A stretch of DNA of 64,000 nucleotides, taken from the IMG/VR virus record IMGVR_UViG_3300042691_026427, positions 32,001 through 96,000 of that record; one strand, written 5' to 3'. The position numbers and the translations under genes were made by a program. Source of the stretch: a virus. Below the pieces are notes generated by a model. That model had not been told where the DNA came from and did not search any database. It was given only the letters and a program-made list of their open reading frames with translations. This document shows positions 25,361-34,788 of this stretch, piece after piece; position 1 is the stretch's first letter; each line of letters begins with the position of its first letter.

Positions 25361-25678
25361 TTAATCGTCTTTGACGTCACCTTCGATGATTGTAAGACCT
25401 TTGAGAACTTCCTTGTTATCTCGTAATTTACGTATGCTGCGAGTGAATTTAGCAGGATCGCTGCCTTTAATACTGTTGATGAACCTGCGCTCTAGCTCAT
25501 ATGCAGTTTCTGGATCAAAATTTTCTTTGATTAACTCTAATAGATTGATTGCACTGTTGATAACATGAGTTGCACGGCTTTCGATGACCAACTCGCTATC
25601 ACGTTTAACAGCTACTTCGTTTAATTCTTCTAACAGACTTTTGGTTTTACGTTGCACAGTGTTATAATCCTTCTGCAT
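25361..25678 (-). CDS. Conserved hypothetical phage protein
   Basis: RKTKSLLEEL...IESRA.HVI..AINL. May start at GTG 25657 after AAGGA. Confidence 0.75.
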   Translation of the reverse strand: MQKDYNTVQRKTKSLLEELNEVAVKRDSELVIESRATHVINSAINLLELIKENFDPETAYELERRFINSIKGSDPAKFTRSIRKLRDNKEVLKGLTIIEGDVKDD

Positions 25679-25728
25679 ATTTATTTTATTTGCTTACAGT
25701 ATAACACCTATTTTGGTAAACTGCTATC

Positions 25729-25767
25729 TTGTAAATTGTGGCAGTGCAACATATACTAGTATAAATA
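25729..25767 (+). promoter_or_regulatory. Tandem sigma70-like and T4-type late promoter
   Basis: TTGTAA-17 nt-TATACT followed by an exact TATAAATA (25760-25767). Confidence 0.6.
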
Positions 25768-25817
25768 CTATCAGTAGAAACCATGAGTCTCTACACTTTA
25801 ACACACAGGAAAACACA

Positions 25818-25994
25818 ATGAAATACATATCAGAAAAAATGCTAGCAATCTTGGAACGATTAGCCGAAATGTTCCCAGGATCTAGCTATCAAAGTAGCCT
25901 AGATTCTTATCTAGCAACCAAGGGCATTACCGATGCCGCACAGTTAGAACACTATGTTCGACAATTTAATTCTCAAAAGGAATCTTATCTATGA
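25818..25994 (+). CDS. Small protein, DUF3563-like
   Basis: CAGGA SD before ATG 25818. The LDSYLA.....D.AQLE...RQF pattern resembles betaproteobacterial DUF3563. Confidence 0.6.
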   Translation: MKYISEKMLAILERLAEMFPGSSYQSSLDSYLATKGITDAAQLEHYVRQFNSQKESYL

Positions 25995-26113
25995 AAAAAT
26001 TACTAAACATTCTATACGAAATTGGCCTAAGCATTGGTCAAGCTCGTGCTGCCGCTGCTATGGCTCGTGCAGGCATGTACACCGAAGCACAGGCATTAAT
26101 GGCTGGCAAGTAA
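25991..26113 (+). CDS. 40-aa small protein (MKKLLNILYEIGLSIGQARAAAAMARAGMYTEAQALMAGK), not in the ORF track
   Basis: ATGA overlap with the upstream stop, AAGGA SD and TAA at 26111-26113. Confidence 0.7.
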   Translation: MKKLLNILYEIGLSIGQARAAAAMARAGMYTEAQALMAGK

Positions 26114-26134
26114 TATTGTATTTTGTCAGACCGC

Positions 26135-26168
26135 TTTACAGATAACACTGTTGCCTGTATAATAAATA
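26135..26168 (+). promoter_or_regulatory. Overlapping sigma70 and late-type promoter
   Basis: TTTACA-17 nt-TATAAT overlapping ATAAATA. Confidence 0.7.
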
Positions 26169-26222
26169 CTTAGACAGTAAATTAGTTACTGTTTATTCAG
26201 ACACATACACAAGGAGAAAAAT

Positions 26223-26513
26223 ATGTCTATTCCAGAAGTAAAATTACCAGAAGTAAAATTCAACAAGAACGGTTATGAAATCCGCACAGATATCTTAGCA
26301 ATGGCCAAGGATCTAGTACAATCGGAACACAGTGTAAAGTTTCATGGTTGGGAAATGTCCGCCAAGCGTGACGAAAAGACAGGCCAGATCGTTACGTCAG
26401 TAGGTATGCCAGAGTTTCCAGGACTTGATAAAGTTTTAGAAACCGCTGAAAAAATGTACGGTTTCGTCAACCAAAGTGTTAACACTGTAAATAAAGTTAC
26501 CACTAAAAAATAA
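26223..26513 (+). CDS. Conserved hypothetical phage protein
   Basis: AAGGAG SD and an NGYEIR..IL.MAKD...AEKMY.FV pattern. Confidence 0.8.
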   Translation: MSIPEVKLPEVKFNKNGYEIRTDILAMAKDLVQSEHSVKFHGWEMSAKRDEKTGQIVTSVGMPEFPGLDKVLETAEKMYGFVNQSVNTVNKVTTKK

Positions 26514-26559
26514 TATAATATAATTATAATAATATAGGTGCATAGCACGTTAAAATAAT

Positions 26560-26582
26560 AAAAGGGCGTTAAACGCCCTTTT
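26560..26582. terminator. Bidirectional terminator between convergent genes
   Basis: AAAAGGGCGT-TAA-ACGCCCTTTT. Confidence 0.75.
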
Positions 26583-27003
26583 ATTTTGATCTTACAATAT
26601 ATATTTTGTCTATGGAAAAAAACTGTGGATGATCTTTTGCAAAATTTCTCATTATGATGCCTGCTTGTCCGTTGGCTTCATTTTCTTCATTGCTGCCCGT
26701 GTCTCCGCTATGCGGATCTAATCTGTTTTCAATATCTTGTTTGTAATGAACAAGCTCGTGTGCAAATGTTCTTAAAATGTCAATCGGGTGTCTATTTAAT
26801 ACTGCCAGTATAATTGAAGAATCTTCAGTGGAGTATCTTCCAAATGTCGGTTGATCGTCTTCTGGGACTTTGTCTACTAGAGAAATTTTAGGTAAGCTAG
26901 GTAAATCTAGTTCTGATTTTATAAAGGGAAGAAACTTTTCAAGAGCATCTAGCAAATCAACTTTGCCGCCCACGGATTCTCTTAAAAGTTCAGTTACCTT
27001 CAT
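26581..27003 (-). CDS. HExxH zinc metallopeptidase-like protein with internal-head-type N-terminus
   Basis: RTFAHELVHYKQ plus a downstream E.EAN third-ligand motif. MKVTELLRES N-terminus. TAAATA 6 nt upstream. Confidence 0.75.
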   Translation of the reverse strand: MKVTELLRESVGGKVDLLDALEKFLPFIKSELDLPSLPKISLVDKVPEDDQPTFGRYSTEDSSIILAVLNRHPIDILRTFAHELVHYKQDIENRLDPHSGDTGSNEENEANGQAGIIMRNFAKDHPQFFSIDKIYIVRSK

Positions 27004-27015
27004 ATAGTGTATTTA

Positions 27016-27110
27016 GTGCTCACTTTTAATTTCGGAGTAGCGAATTCCTAGATCAGCCCAGCAGCCGGGCCACACATACCGTTACGAGTAACGGGTCCTA
27101 AGGTGTGTTC
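27016..27110 (-). ncRNA. Putative structured RNA, possibly pseudoknotted
   Basis: GC-rich intergenic island with CACAC/GTGTG enclosing CCGTTA/TAACGG, a GCCC/GGGC hairpin, and loop TCGCT complementary to downstream AGTGA. Confidence 0.5.
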
Positions 27111-27111
27111 T

Positions 27112-27441
27112 TTATGCCCACGGTGAATCGATTACGATCACTGGGGGATTTAATTTTAGATCAATCTGTCTGGTAACTTCTGTTTCAGCCATTACACGAT
27201 CGACTCCATTTGTCCAAAGCCAACTAATAACTTGAGATTCTGTAAGATCTTCTAACTGACTAAATTCAGCGCCTTCGGGCCAAATATTGGCAAATCCTTC
27301 AGTAGTACCAGTATGTGTTACTTGTCCTACTGTTGTAGTACCATTTACACTATACCATACTTTGCTGATAAATTTTTCAATTCCGTAGTGGCCAGGCAAA
27401 CATTCAATTTTATCTACTTTCCAAGAGATGTCAATACTCAT
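27112..27441 (-). CDS. Hypothetical phage protein (possible tail-fibre-associated)
   Basis: AAGGAG SD and W.V..IEC...F..L.DLTE.QV..W...PW pattern. Confidence 0.75.
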   Translation of the reverse strand: MSIDISWKVDKIECLPGHYGIEKFISKVWYSVNGTTTVGQVTHTGTTEGFANIWPEGAEFSQLEDLTESQVISWLWTNGVDRVMAETEVTRQIDLKLNPPVIVIDSPWA

Positions 27442-27473
27442 ACTAACTCCTTTAATGTAATATTTATCTTATA

Positions 27474-28142
27474 TTACGGAAGTAATTTTCTATAGATATC
27501 GTAAATGGCTTCGGCTGTAGGTCCTAAATAGTCATCGTTTGCAATTCCGTAGTCAATTTCAGTAATCCAAAACATTCTCAATTCAAGTTCGGCTTGTTTC
27601 TCAATTAAGAACTCTAATGGATGAAATGTCATATGATCTACTGTAGGAACTTTAGGATATGCAATCAATCGACCATTTTCATTATTAAAAATCCAACGAT
27701 GATGCATTGTTCCTCTAAAATTGCCTTCTCTACGTTGTAGTTCATTGTACTTGCTAGGAACAGCAATAAATCCCTGTTCTGCAATTCTAGGTAACATATC
27801 TAGTACCAGCATAGGATTGGCTAAATCTTCAAGAGTATGAGTACAATTAACAAAAGTAAATTTCCCGTGTTGCTCGACATAATCTAGCAAAGGTTTCCAA
27901 TCTTCATACTTGTTCATATTGCCTACAAATCCGTGAACTCCTTCAAAGCTAGTAGGCAGTATGTCAAACGTGTGAGTTAGAAATTCCTTATTAAAAGGAT
28001 TGTGGCTCGCACCAACATCGATAAGACTAAATTTCTCACCTCTATTGGCTTTTAGTCCTGTCACGGCATCTATTACCTCGGGTCTTAGATGCCATGGCCA
28101 TTCTTGTGTTTCTCTTGCGTTTAAGTATATTTGTTGTGCCAT
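27474..28142 (-). CDS. SAM-dependent methyltransferase-like protein
   Basis: IDVGA motif I, KF.FV.CTHTLED and G.IAVP. Confidence 0.7.
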   Translation of the reverse strand: MAQQIYLNARETQEWPWHLRPEVIDAVTGLKANRGEKFSLIDVGASHNPFNKEFLTHTFDILPTSFEGVHGFVGNMNKYEDWKPLLDYVEQHGKFTFVNCTHTLEDLANPMLVLDMLPRIAEQGFIAVPSKYNELQRREGNFRGTMHHRWIFNNENGRLIAYPKVPTVDHMTFHPLEFLIEKQAELELRMFWITEIDYGIANDDYLGPTAEAIYDIYRKLLP

Positions 28143-31100
28143 TATTCTACTCTAAATGTCCATGAACCGTGATGTCCGCACAAAATTGTAGTGTCCGCCC
28201 AGATTTGTTTTCCTTGAGCCTTAGCTTTTAGACAAAAGTATACATCTTCACTGATTGTATATTGATGATCTAATGCACTTTTATAAAGGAAGTGAGGATA
28301 TTCAATACTGGTAAACACATCTTTCTTGATTAGAACACAGCCGAATCCACAACTGTCGACTTCAACTAGACCCCTGCCTTTTAGTTGTTCCCAAGGAACA
28401 TGAGTTACGCCACCATGTTCGTTTCTTTTCATAACTTCTATGCAATGCTTGCCCGGAATTCGCTGTATATAAAGACCTGTCACCATGTCTTTGTTATGTG
28501 TTAACATTTTTTTCAATGTGTCAGCTGGAAAACTGATGTCAGAATCTACTGCAAATAGATAATCATAAGGTCCCTTGACAATCCAGTCTGCAATTAAATT
28601 TCTAACTTGTTCAACTTGATATCCATAAAAATATTGAAACTCTGCTTCGTATCCATCTGGTATTTCTAAGTCGTAGATACTTTTAAAAGTTTCTGCTTCA
28701 ATTAGATTTTTGTTAGGAATAGCAATGAGAATTCTTTTCTTGGGCACCTGTGGTGGTACAGGTTGCATGGTGTTTAGTTGTAGCTTGGTAGCAGCTTCAA
28801 CTCTTCTTTGCGGAATCTGTTCTATTGTTTTCATATTTTTGTTTAAAATCTTTCCTGCTGTCTTATTTTGTTCTTGACCGTTGATTTTATAATCATTCAA
28901 AGGATTAATGTCATTGTAATTATACACAATATCTGAGTTAACAAATATTCTTGCAGGATCACACTGTTCTAATGGATTATAGAATGTAGAATTGTCGCCG
29001 CCAGCTTTGAACCATTGACCATTTTCATCTTTGAATTCGCTTTCGGGAATGTCTTTAATTAACTTAGCTTTGTAAGTTCTCAAATGTGTATAAGGCATAT
29101 TCCAGTTGAATCGATAGTTTCTATAATTTTTAGAATCTTTGATTTCTGGAGGATAGGGCTGACTGATTAACGGAATATTATCAACCATACTCCAGCTAGA
29201 CCCATAGACAAAGTCAGCATCTTGATGCAGTTCATTGTAATAGGTGAAAATGTCATTTCTGTTGGCAAGACTGTCGTCGCCGTCTAGCAACATTATAATA
29301 TCATCATCGTCGAGCTCTAAGTTTTTAATCATAGTAACTTGATTAGCTACCGCACTGCCGTTTCTTGTTTGATTTTTAATTAAAACAAATTTTTGTCTCA
29401 ATGTATCTGGCAAACAATCAATTGCTTCTTTTGCTAAATCAAGCCCATTGTCTTCTGAACAATCGTCTATTAGATAATGGACATAGTTATCATAATCCTG
29501 TGCTGCAACACTTTCAACACACTTTGCAATATAAGGTGCAGCATTCCAGAACGGACTGATAACAACTATTCTTTTCTCGTCTGAAATTTTAGGGCAAGTC
29601 CACAATTCAGGTCCAGATGTTTTCCTGCCAAATATTTTATTGTATTTGGCTGCAAAATAATTGCTTCGCTGAAATTCGCCTCGTTGAATATGCAAACCTA
29701 ATTTGGAATATAAATGATGTTTCCACTGTAATGCAGTGACATCCCAACCTACTAGGTCCTTAATTTCATCGAGTGCTTCTTGACGTCTACGCAATTCTTT
29801 TGGATTCCTATGCACATCTAACACTAACTTGACAAAGTCATCTGCTTGTTTTTCTGGATTGATATGTGGAAATAGTCCGTTGGGCACTATTGCATAGTCA
29901 ATCATCCAGCTGTGCTCAGTTGCAGTTTCTTCCAATGCACCAAATCTGCAGGTAATCAACGGTGTGTTAGCATACAGACTTTCTAAGGTACTAATGCCGT
30001 AAGTTTCCGGTAATTCTGCTGGGAATATAAAATAACTAGCTTCTGCAGAAATTTCTGCAACTTTTTGTTGACTGATTACTCCGGTAAATTCAATGCTAGA
30101 GTCATTGATAGAATTACCAACTAAATCTCTAAAATGCTTTTCTTGATCATCACCTGCAAATGCATTGCCTAGCTTGTAAAATCCGCCTATTACTTTTAGT
30201 CTTGCTTTGGGAATAGACTGTTTGACTCTAGGCCAAATGACATGCAACAGACTACGCAGTCCTTTGCTCATATTTGCATTGAAGAAAAACAAGTTGGGAT
30301 CTTTTTTATCTAGATCAACTTTATCAAAGTATTTTGTAATTCCGTTACGTGTGATCCACATGTGTTTTCGTAACACTTCGTAATTGCGAGGCTTACCGTG
30401 ATTGCAATTTGTCACATAAGTTGTGTGGAAATCACTTAAACACCAGATTTCATCTACAGCACCGCTGATAACTAGATCCTCGATAGTGTCGTCACCCCAG
30501 CTGAATGTGTCATGCATCCAGAATACTTTAAACTTGGCATTTTCTCTTAACCGTTTGAACATGTCATAAGGATACTGTCGTGCAGTATTGATCCTTAATT
30601 CATAGAAAGGTTCTGTAACAAATGGCATGACAGTTCTTGAACTGATTACCACATCATAGTTGCAAGGATCATCGGCAATGTCGGTAATGGGTCTATATGT
30701 AACTCCGCTATATGTGCCAGGTGCGCTGTCATCTTCATTACAACCGTTAAACACTGTTACATCAAATCCGATCTTCACTAGATTTTTTGCAACTAAAATA
30801 ACAGCACTTTCACTACCACCAAGACCTCTTCGATCCAACGTACCACCGTCGTAACTCATTCCAGGAATGTCTACAATAGCCAGTCGTACTCGAGCGCCTT
30901 CTTGATGTACAGGTACTGTTACTTGCGGGATAATAATTTCTTCCGGGTTCATAAACTTTCTGCCAAAAGTTTTGTGAACACGATAGTTGATCCAATCGGC
31001 ACGAGCCTTGTCTTCCTTGGATAATTCTAAACCTAGCTTATAAAAGAAATGTTGTTTCCATTGAACAGCTACAGTATCCCATGTGCTGACATCTTTTACA

Positions 31101-32245
31101 GCATTACAGGCATATTGTTTTTGCTGATGCAGATAAGGATTGTTTACAGCAGCAACGACCATCTGTGTAAATTTCTCAAACTGCTGACCCGGATCGATGT
31201 TTGGAAACAACCCATTGGGAACTACAGCATAGTCAATCATATAACTGGCTGCTTCTGTTGCAGTTTCTTCCATTGCACCGAATCTAGTGCCCAACACAGG
31301 AGTGTTATAGTTAATAGATTCTAATGTTGCAATTCCACTAGTTTCTGGAAATGCGCCAGGGTAAATCATATAAGATGATTTGGCCACAATTTCTGCAATC
31401 TGCGGTTGGGGAATAATACCAGTAAATTCTACACTGGCATCATTCTTATACATTTCCTGAAGTCTTAGTACAGTATGTCCTGCTTCATTTAAGGGCTCAT
31501 TGGGAAACTGATAGTAACCACCGATGATTTTTAATTTAGCCTGAGGTATTGCTTGTTTGACTCTGGGCCAAATATGTTCCAATAATGGAACCATACCTTT
31601 GGTAACGCTGGCGTTGTAAACAAACTGAAATGGATCTTTGGCTTTTACATCAACCCATTCGATCCAACGATTCATTGCGTTACGTGTTTGGAAGATTTTG
31701 TTTTTTAATACTTCAAAATTTCTACGGGGACCATGTTGATTGTTGGTAATATAATTGGTATGCCAATCACTTAGTGTAAACAATTCATTGATATAGCCTT
31801 TGACTACCAGTTCCTCTAGGATGTGATCACCCCAAAGGAACGTATCCTGCATCCAAAGAATTTTCAACTGTCCAGGACGTTGAACTTGTCGCCAAGTGTC
31901 AAAGTCATGATCTCGTGGCGGCGGCTGCTTGACTTGATCATAGAGATGCGATGGCGTAAAAGGAATAACAGTTCTTTGACTGATAACAATATCAAAGTCA
32001 AATTCTCGTTCTTTTAGCCTGCGAATTTCACAGTATTCAACTTGATCGTAGATGCCTTCTACAGCTTCTTCTTTGTTGTTGTCATTAAACACTGTAACAG
32101 AAAATCCTAGCTTTGCCAGTTCTCTTGATACACTGATAATGCTGCTTTCGCTGCCGCCGATGCCCTTTTTATATAACGTCGTGCCATCGTAGGGTAATCC
32201 AATGACATCGATAATAGCAATTTTGATTTGTTTCATAGCACTCAT
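28142..32245 (-). CDS. Four-domain glycosyltransferase (two GT-B/GT4-like plus two GT-A/GT2-like domains)
   Basis: Two homologous halves with GGSES, W.[QH]D, KG, PET.GI..LES and GA.EET, then SPFWN..IDDCS..LDGDD and AIP..VDSD..GFGC..SED..FC. Start may be 32236. Confidence 0.9.
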   Translation of the reverse strand: MSAMKQIKIAIIDVIGLPYDGTTLYKKGIGGSESSIISVSRELAKLGFSVTVFNDNNKEEAVEGIYDQVEYCEIRRLKEREFDFDIVISQRTVIPFTPSHLYDQVKQPPPRDHDFDTWRQVQRPGQLKILWMQDTFLWGDHILEELVVKGYINELFTLSDWHTNYITNNQHGPRRNFEVLKNKIFQTRNAMNRWIEWVDVKAKDPFQFVYNASVTKGMVPLLEHIWPRVKQAIPQAKLKIIGGYYQFPNEPLNEAGHTVLRLQEMYKNDASVEFTGIIPQPQIAEIVAKSSYMIYPGAFPETSGIATLESINYNTPVLGTRFGAMEETATEAASYMIDYAVVPNGLFPNIDPGQQFEKFTQMVVAAVNNPYLHQQKQYACNAVKDVSTWDTVAVQWKQHFFYKLGLELSKEDKARADWINYRVHKTFGRKFMNPEEIIIPQVTVPVHQEGARVRLAIVDIPGMSYDGGTLDRRGLGGSESAVILVAKNLVKIGFDVTVFNGCNEDDSAPGTYSGVTYRPITDIADDPCNYDVVISSRTVMPFVTEPFYELRINTARQYPYDMFKRLRENAKFKVFWMHDTFSWGDDTIEDLVISGAVDEIWCLSDFHTTYVTNCNHGKPRNYEVLRKHMWITRNGITKYFDKVDLDKKDPNLFFFNANMSKGLRSLLHVIWPRVKQSIPKARLKVIGGFYKLGNAFAGDDQEKHFRDLVGNSINDSSIEFTGVISQQKVAEISAEASYFIFPAELPETYGISTLESLYANTPLITCRFGALEETATEHSWMIDYAIVPNGLFPHINPEKQADDFVKLVLDVHRNPKELRRRQEALDEIKDLVGWDVTALQWKHHLYSKLGLHIQRGEFQRSNYFAAKYNKIFGRKTSGPELWTCPKISDEKRIVVISPFWNAAPYIAKCVESVAAQDYDNYVHYLIDDCSEDNGLDLAKEAIDCLPDTLRQKFVLIKNQTRNGSAVANQVTMIKNLELDDDDIIMLLDGDDSLANRNDIFTYYNELHQDADFVYGSSWSMVDNIPLISQPYPPEIKDSKNYRNYRFNWNMPYTHLRTYKAKLIKDIPESEFKDENGQWFKAGGDNSTFYNPLEQCDPARIFVNSDIVYNYNDINPLNDYKINGQEQNKTAGKILNKNMKTIEQIPQRRVEAATKLQLNTMQPVPPQVPKKRILIAIPNKNLIEAETFKSIYDLEIPDGYEAEFQYFYGYQVEQVRNLIADWIVKGPYDYLFAVDSDISFPADTLKKMLTHNKDMVTGLYIQRIPGKHCIEVMKRNEHGGVTHVPWEQLKGRGLVEVDSCGFGCVLIKKDVFTSIEYPHFLYKSALDHQYTISEDVYFCLKAKAQGKQIWADTTILCGHHGSWTFRVE

Positions 32246-32273
32246 ACTTATCTACGTATATAATAGCATAGAT

Positions 32274-32299
32274 AAAAAAAGGACTCAACCAGAGTCCTT
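32274..32299 (-). terminator. Rho-independent terminator
   Basis: AAGGACTC-loop-GAGTCC followed by a T run. Confidence 0.7.
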
Positions 32300-32318
32300 G
32301 TTTTTGAGTGAAATATTT

Positions 32319-32759
32319 TTAATTACACCAACTTTGTTTAGCATCACCGTAATATTCACGTGCCAGTCCGTTTTGAATTAGTCCAGCACGAACACTTTGT
32401 CCATTTACAATGATGTCACCTAGTACACGGCCACCAAATTTGTCCCAGGCATACAATGTAACTTGAATCTTGCCACCTTGTTGGATTAGCTGTGTAGTAA
32501 ACTTGCTGGCTAACTGTGCTCGTTGATCTTCTTGAGGGCACTGTGCTCTGTGTCCTTTTTCAGGAGTGTCCACTCCAAAGATACGCACTGCCAGTTCTGG
32601 TTTCAGCGGTGCTGGCAAGAAAGGTGCAGAGATGACGATAGTGTCACCGTCGCTTACGCGGATGATTTGTGCGTCATATGTTGCACCTTTTGGTGTTTTT
32701 TGTGCCAATGCGGGCATTGCTGACGCTGCGATTAATAGGGTTAATAATAGTTTTTTCAT
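32319..32759 (-). CDS. Thermonuclease (SNase family) with signal peptide
   Basis: DGDT, VRIFGVDTPE, DKFGGRVLG and GLA motifs. MKKLLLTLLIAA..ALA signal peptide. Start 32759. Confidence 0.9.
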   Translation of the reverse strand: MKKLLLTLLIAASAMPALAQKTPKGATYDAQIIRVSDGDTIVISAPFLPAPLKPELAVRIFGVDTPEKGHRAQCPQEDQRAQLASKFTTQLIQQGGKIQVTLYAWDKFGGRVLGDIIVNGQSVRAGLIQNGLAREYYGDAKQSWCN

Positions 32760-32767
32760 ATAGTTAC

Positions 32768-34108
32768 TTATCCATGTTCCTGCCATGATACAGATGCTAC
32801 TGCATCATCGTTGTTAGTAGTGGCGATAGCAGCCAAACACCATATGTCTGATACGCCTGCGATAGTGCGACCCAGTTGATTGCTAAAATCTACTTCGTTG
32901 CCACTTACACTAGCTGCGCCACCTTTGTTAGATCCCACAAAAATACCTTGGTCTATTACTGTTCCGCCAGTCAATGCTGTGGCTGATAAATCATACTCTA
33001 CTGAACTGTTGTCGCCTGCTGTAGTCCAACTAGCATCAGTCAGTGTAGGGTTTAATATTACTCGATAGCCAAACGCTGCCAGTTGTAGACCGTAGAGGTC
33101 AAACTTGGTCGGCACTACAATGCTGTCTATGTTGGCAGACTTCAGCCTAATACAAACTAATGGACGATATTCTGTTGTGGTAAGATTCTTTCCGGTCAGA
33201 CCGGTGCCAATTGCTCTGCTTTGACTACGATTGCTGTAGCCACCTTCTGATATCACTGTACTACATATGGCTCGCATAGTGCCCGCGGCACCTGTACTAG
33301 TTAGTTCATACCTAACGGGCAATGACGCAGTAGTCATGTAGACCTTATCAAATATGTTGGCATGATGGAATATATGGCAAACAATAAATTGTCCGTTGAT
33401 CACAAAGCCACAGCGCACTGATCCTACACCCAACCACTCAACATCGCACCAAAAGATATGCGATTTAGTCACATCTAGAGTAACGCCGCTGATGTTGTGT
33501 TGGCCGCCTTGACCATCCATTCTGTCACCGTTCCATGCTGATCTATTGATTTTTTCACTAGTGTCGTCTACTGTGCCGCCTGTGTATTTTCTAATCACAA
33601 GATTGATGTCAACACCGTCTACTTCAAAGTACACACCGTTCTGTGCTCCAAAATATCCCACACGCTGACGCAGGCCCGTAGTAGGAGTATTCATAACAAA
33701 TGTGGTCATAGTTAGCAAACTCTTACCGGGTTGATAGCTAAACACCTGTTTGCTTTGTCTCACTGCTGAATCACCGTTGCCTGACACTGTCATCAACATG
33801 GTGCTTTCGTTGGGCTGAAATACGCTAGTGCCTGCACCTGTATCTACTTGATTCCATCTAAACTCATCATCTCTATAACGTAGAGAACCGTCAAACAAGG
33901 TAAAGGGATTGCTGACACGCATACGGCCAAATGCGTCCATACTAGCTGAGATGTTACCGGCGTCATTGTAACTGACTCCGCCTACATTGTTTACTCGTAA
34001 TAGTGGCTCACCTGCCGCACTATAGTCCATTGCCTTATGAATGTTTAATAGATTAGGATCAGTAGAGTGAAAGTAGTTTGTGGTTGTGGTGCGAATGTCA
34101 GCTACCAT
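32768..34108 (-). CDS. Probable virion structural protein (beta-rich, lectin-like)
   Basis: DAFGR.RVS.PFTLFD, YQPGKS and WLGVG.VR.GF motifs typical of phage structural hypotheticals. Confidence 0.65.
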   Translation of the reverse strand: MVADIRTTTTNYFHSTDPNLLNIHKAMDYSAAGEPLLRVNNVGGVSYNDAGNISASMDAFGRMRVSNPFTLFDGSLRYRDDEFRWNQVDTGAGTSVFQPNESTMLMTVSGNGDSAVRQSKQVFSYQPGKSLLTMTTFVMNTPTTGLRQRVGYFGAQNGVYFEVDGVDINLVIRKYTGGTVDDTSEKINRSAWNGDRMDGQGGQHNISGVTLDVTKSHIFWCDVEWLGVGSVRCGFVINGQFIVCHIFHHANIFDKVYMTTASLPVRYELTSTGAAGTMRAICSTVISEGGYSNRSQSRAIGTGLTGKNLTTTEYRPLVCIRLKSANIDSIVVPTKFDLYGLQLAAFGYRVILNPTLTDASWTTAGDNSSVEYDLSATALTGGTVIDQGIFVGSNKGGAASVSGNEVDFSNQLGRTIAGVSDIWCLAAIATTNNDDAVASVSWQEHG

Positions 34109-34118
34109 ATATTACCGA

Positions 34119-34415
34119 TTAATCTAGATCTAAAATACTAATTGCGCTAGCGGCTGCTGATACAGCGGCAACTTTGTCACCTGACTTAAAATTAAAAATC
34201 ATTTCGCTGTTTGCAGGAATTTGAAAACCAACGTTAACACCAGTTACTGGGTTTGCCCCAAATGCTATAAATGCAGGGCTTGCTCCGTTAGTAATCAATA
34301 CTCGTCTAGCGGTAATCGATGTGCTTGTTGTTACGGTACCTGCACCCAATGCTACGGTTGTATATTTGTTAGTACCTGTAGTTGCAAGGGTGGTGATTGT
34401 GTAATACTGACTCAT
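34119..34415 (-). CDS. Small beta-rich structural-like protein
   Basis: 98-aa T/A/G-rich ORF. Confidence 0.7.
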   Translation of the reverse strand: MSQYYTITTLATTGTNKYTTVALGAGTVTTSTSITARRVLITNGASPAFIAFGANPVTGVNVGFQIPANSEMIFNFKSGDKVAAVSAAASAISILDLD

Positions 34416-34747
34416 TGTGTTTGTCCTTTGTTCTGGGCTGAGAAGTTTGGATACATTGCGACACTGTCGGCTCTGATATCCGCGGGATTTTTAGGACCAT
34501 TAAGGCCGCCGCCCGCATGTACTGTAACGCTGTCTATGCTGGCCACTACTTCAGCTGGACTGTTGGCATACATTTGATGCTGTTGTGTCAATAGATCAAC
34601 AATCTGTTTAAATCTATTTTGATCCGGACCAATAGCTGTTGTGATATTGGCAGTAGCAGGTTGAACTACCGCAATTTCCTCTTGAGATTCACCGTCTATT
34701 TTTTCTATAATATCTAACAGATCTCTAATTATTTCAGTAGCTCGCAT
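34412..34747 (-). CDS. Hypothetical protein, internal-head-type N-terminus
   Basis: MRATEIIRD start and GGGLNGPK.P.D.R motif. TAAATA and AGGA upstream. Confidence 0.75.
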   Translation of the reverse strand: MRATEIIRDLLDIIEKIDGESQEEIAVVQPATANITTAIGPDQNRFKQIVDLLTQQHQMYANSPAEVVASIDSVTVHAGGGLNGPKNPADIRADSVAMYPNFSAQNKGQTQ

Positions 34748-34788
34748 GAGTATTCCTAGTTATAGAGATATTTATTCTTTTATAGAGG

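Noticed and set aside
26511-26536. TAATA-type short repeats after ORF 26223..26513
   Set aside because: Low-complexity AT tract with no supporting structure such as iterons or an adjacent initiator gene.
27030-27056. Hammerhead ribozyme core (CTGA...GAAA) in the intergenic RNA
   Set aside because: The sequence reads CTGATCTA rather than CUGANGA, and the required stems I and III are not evident.
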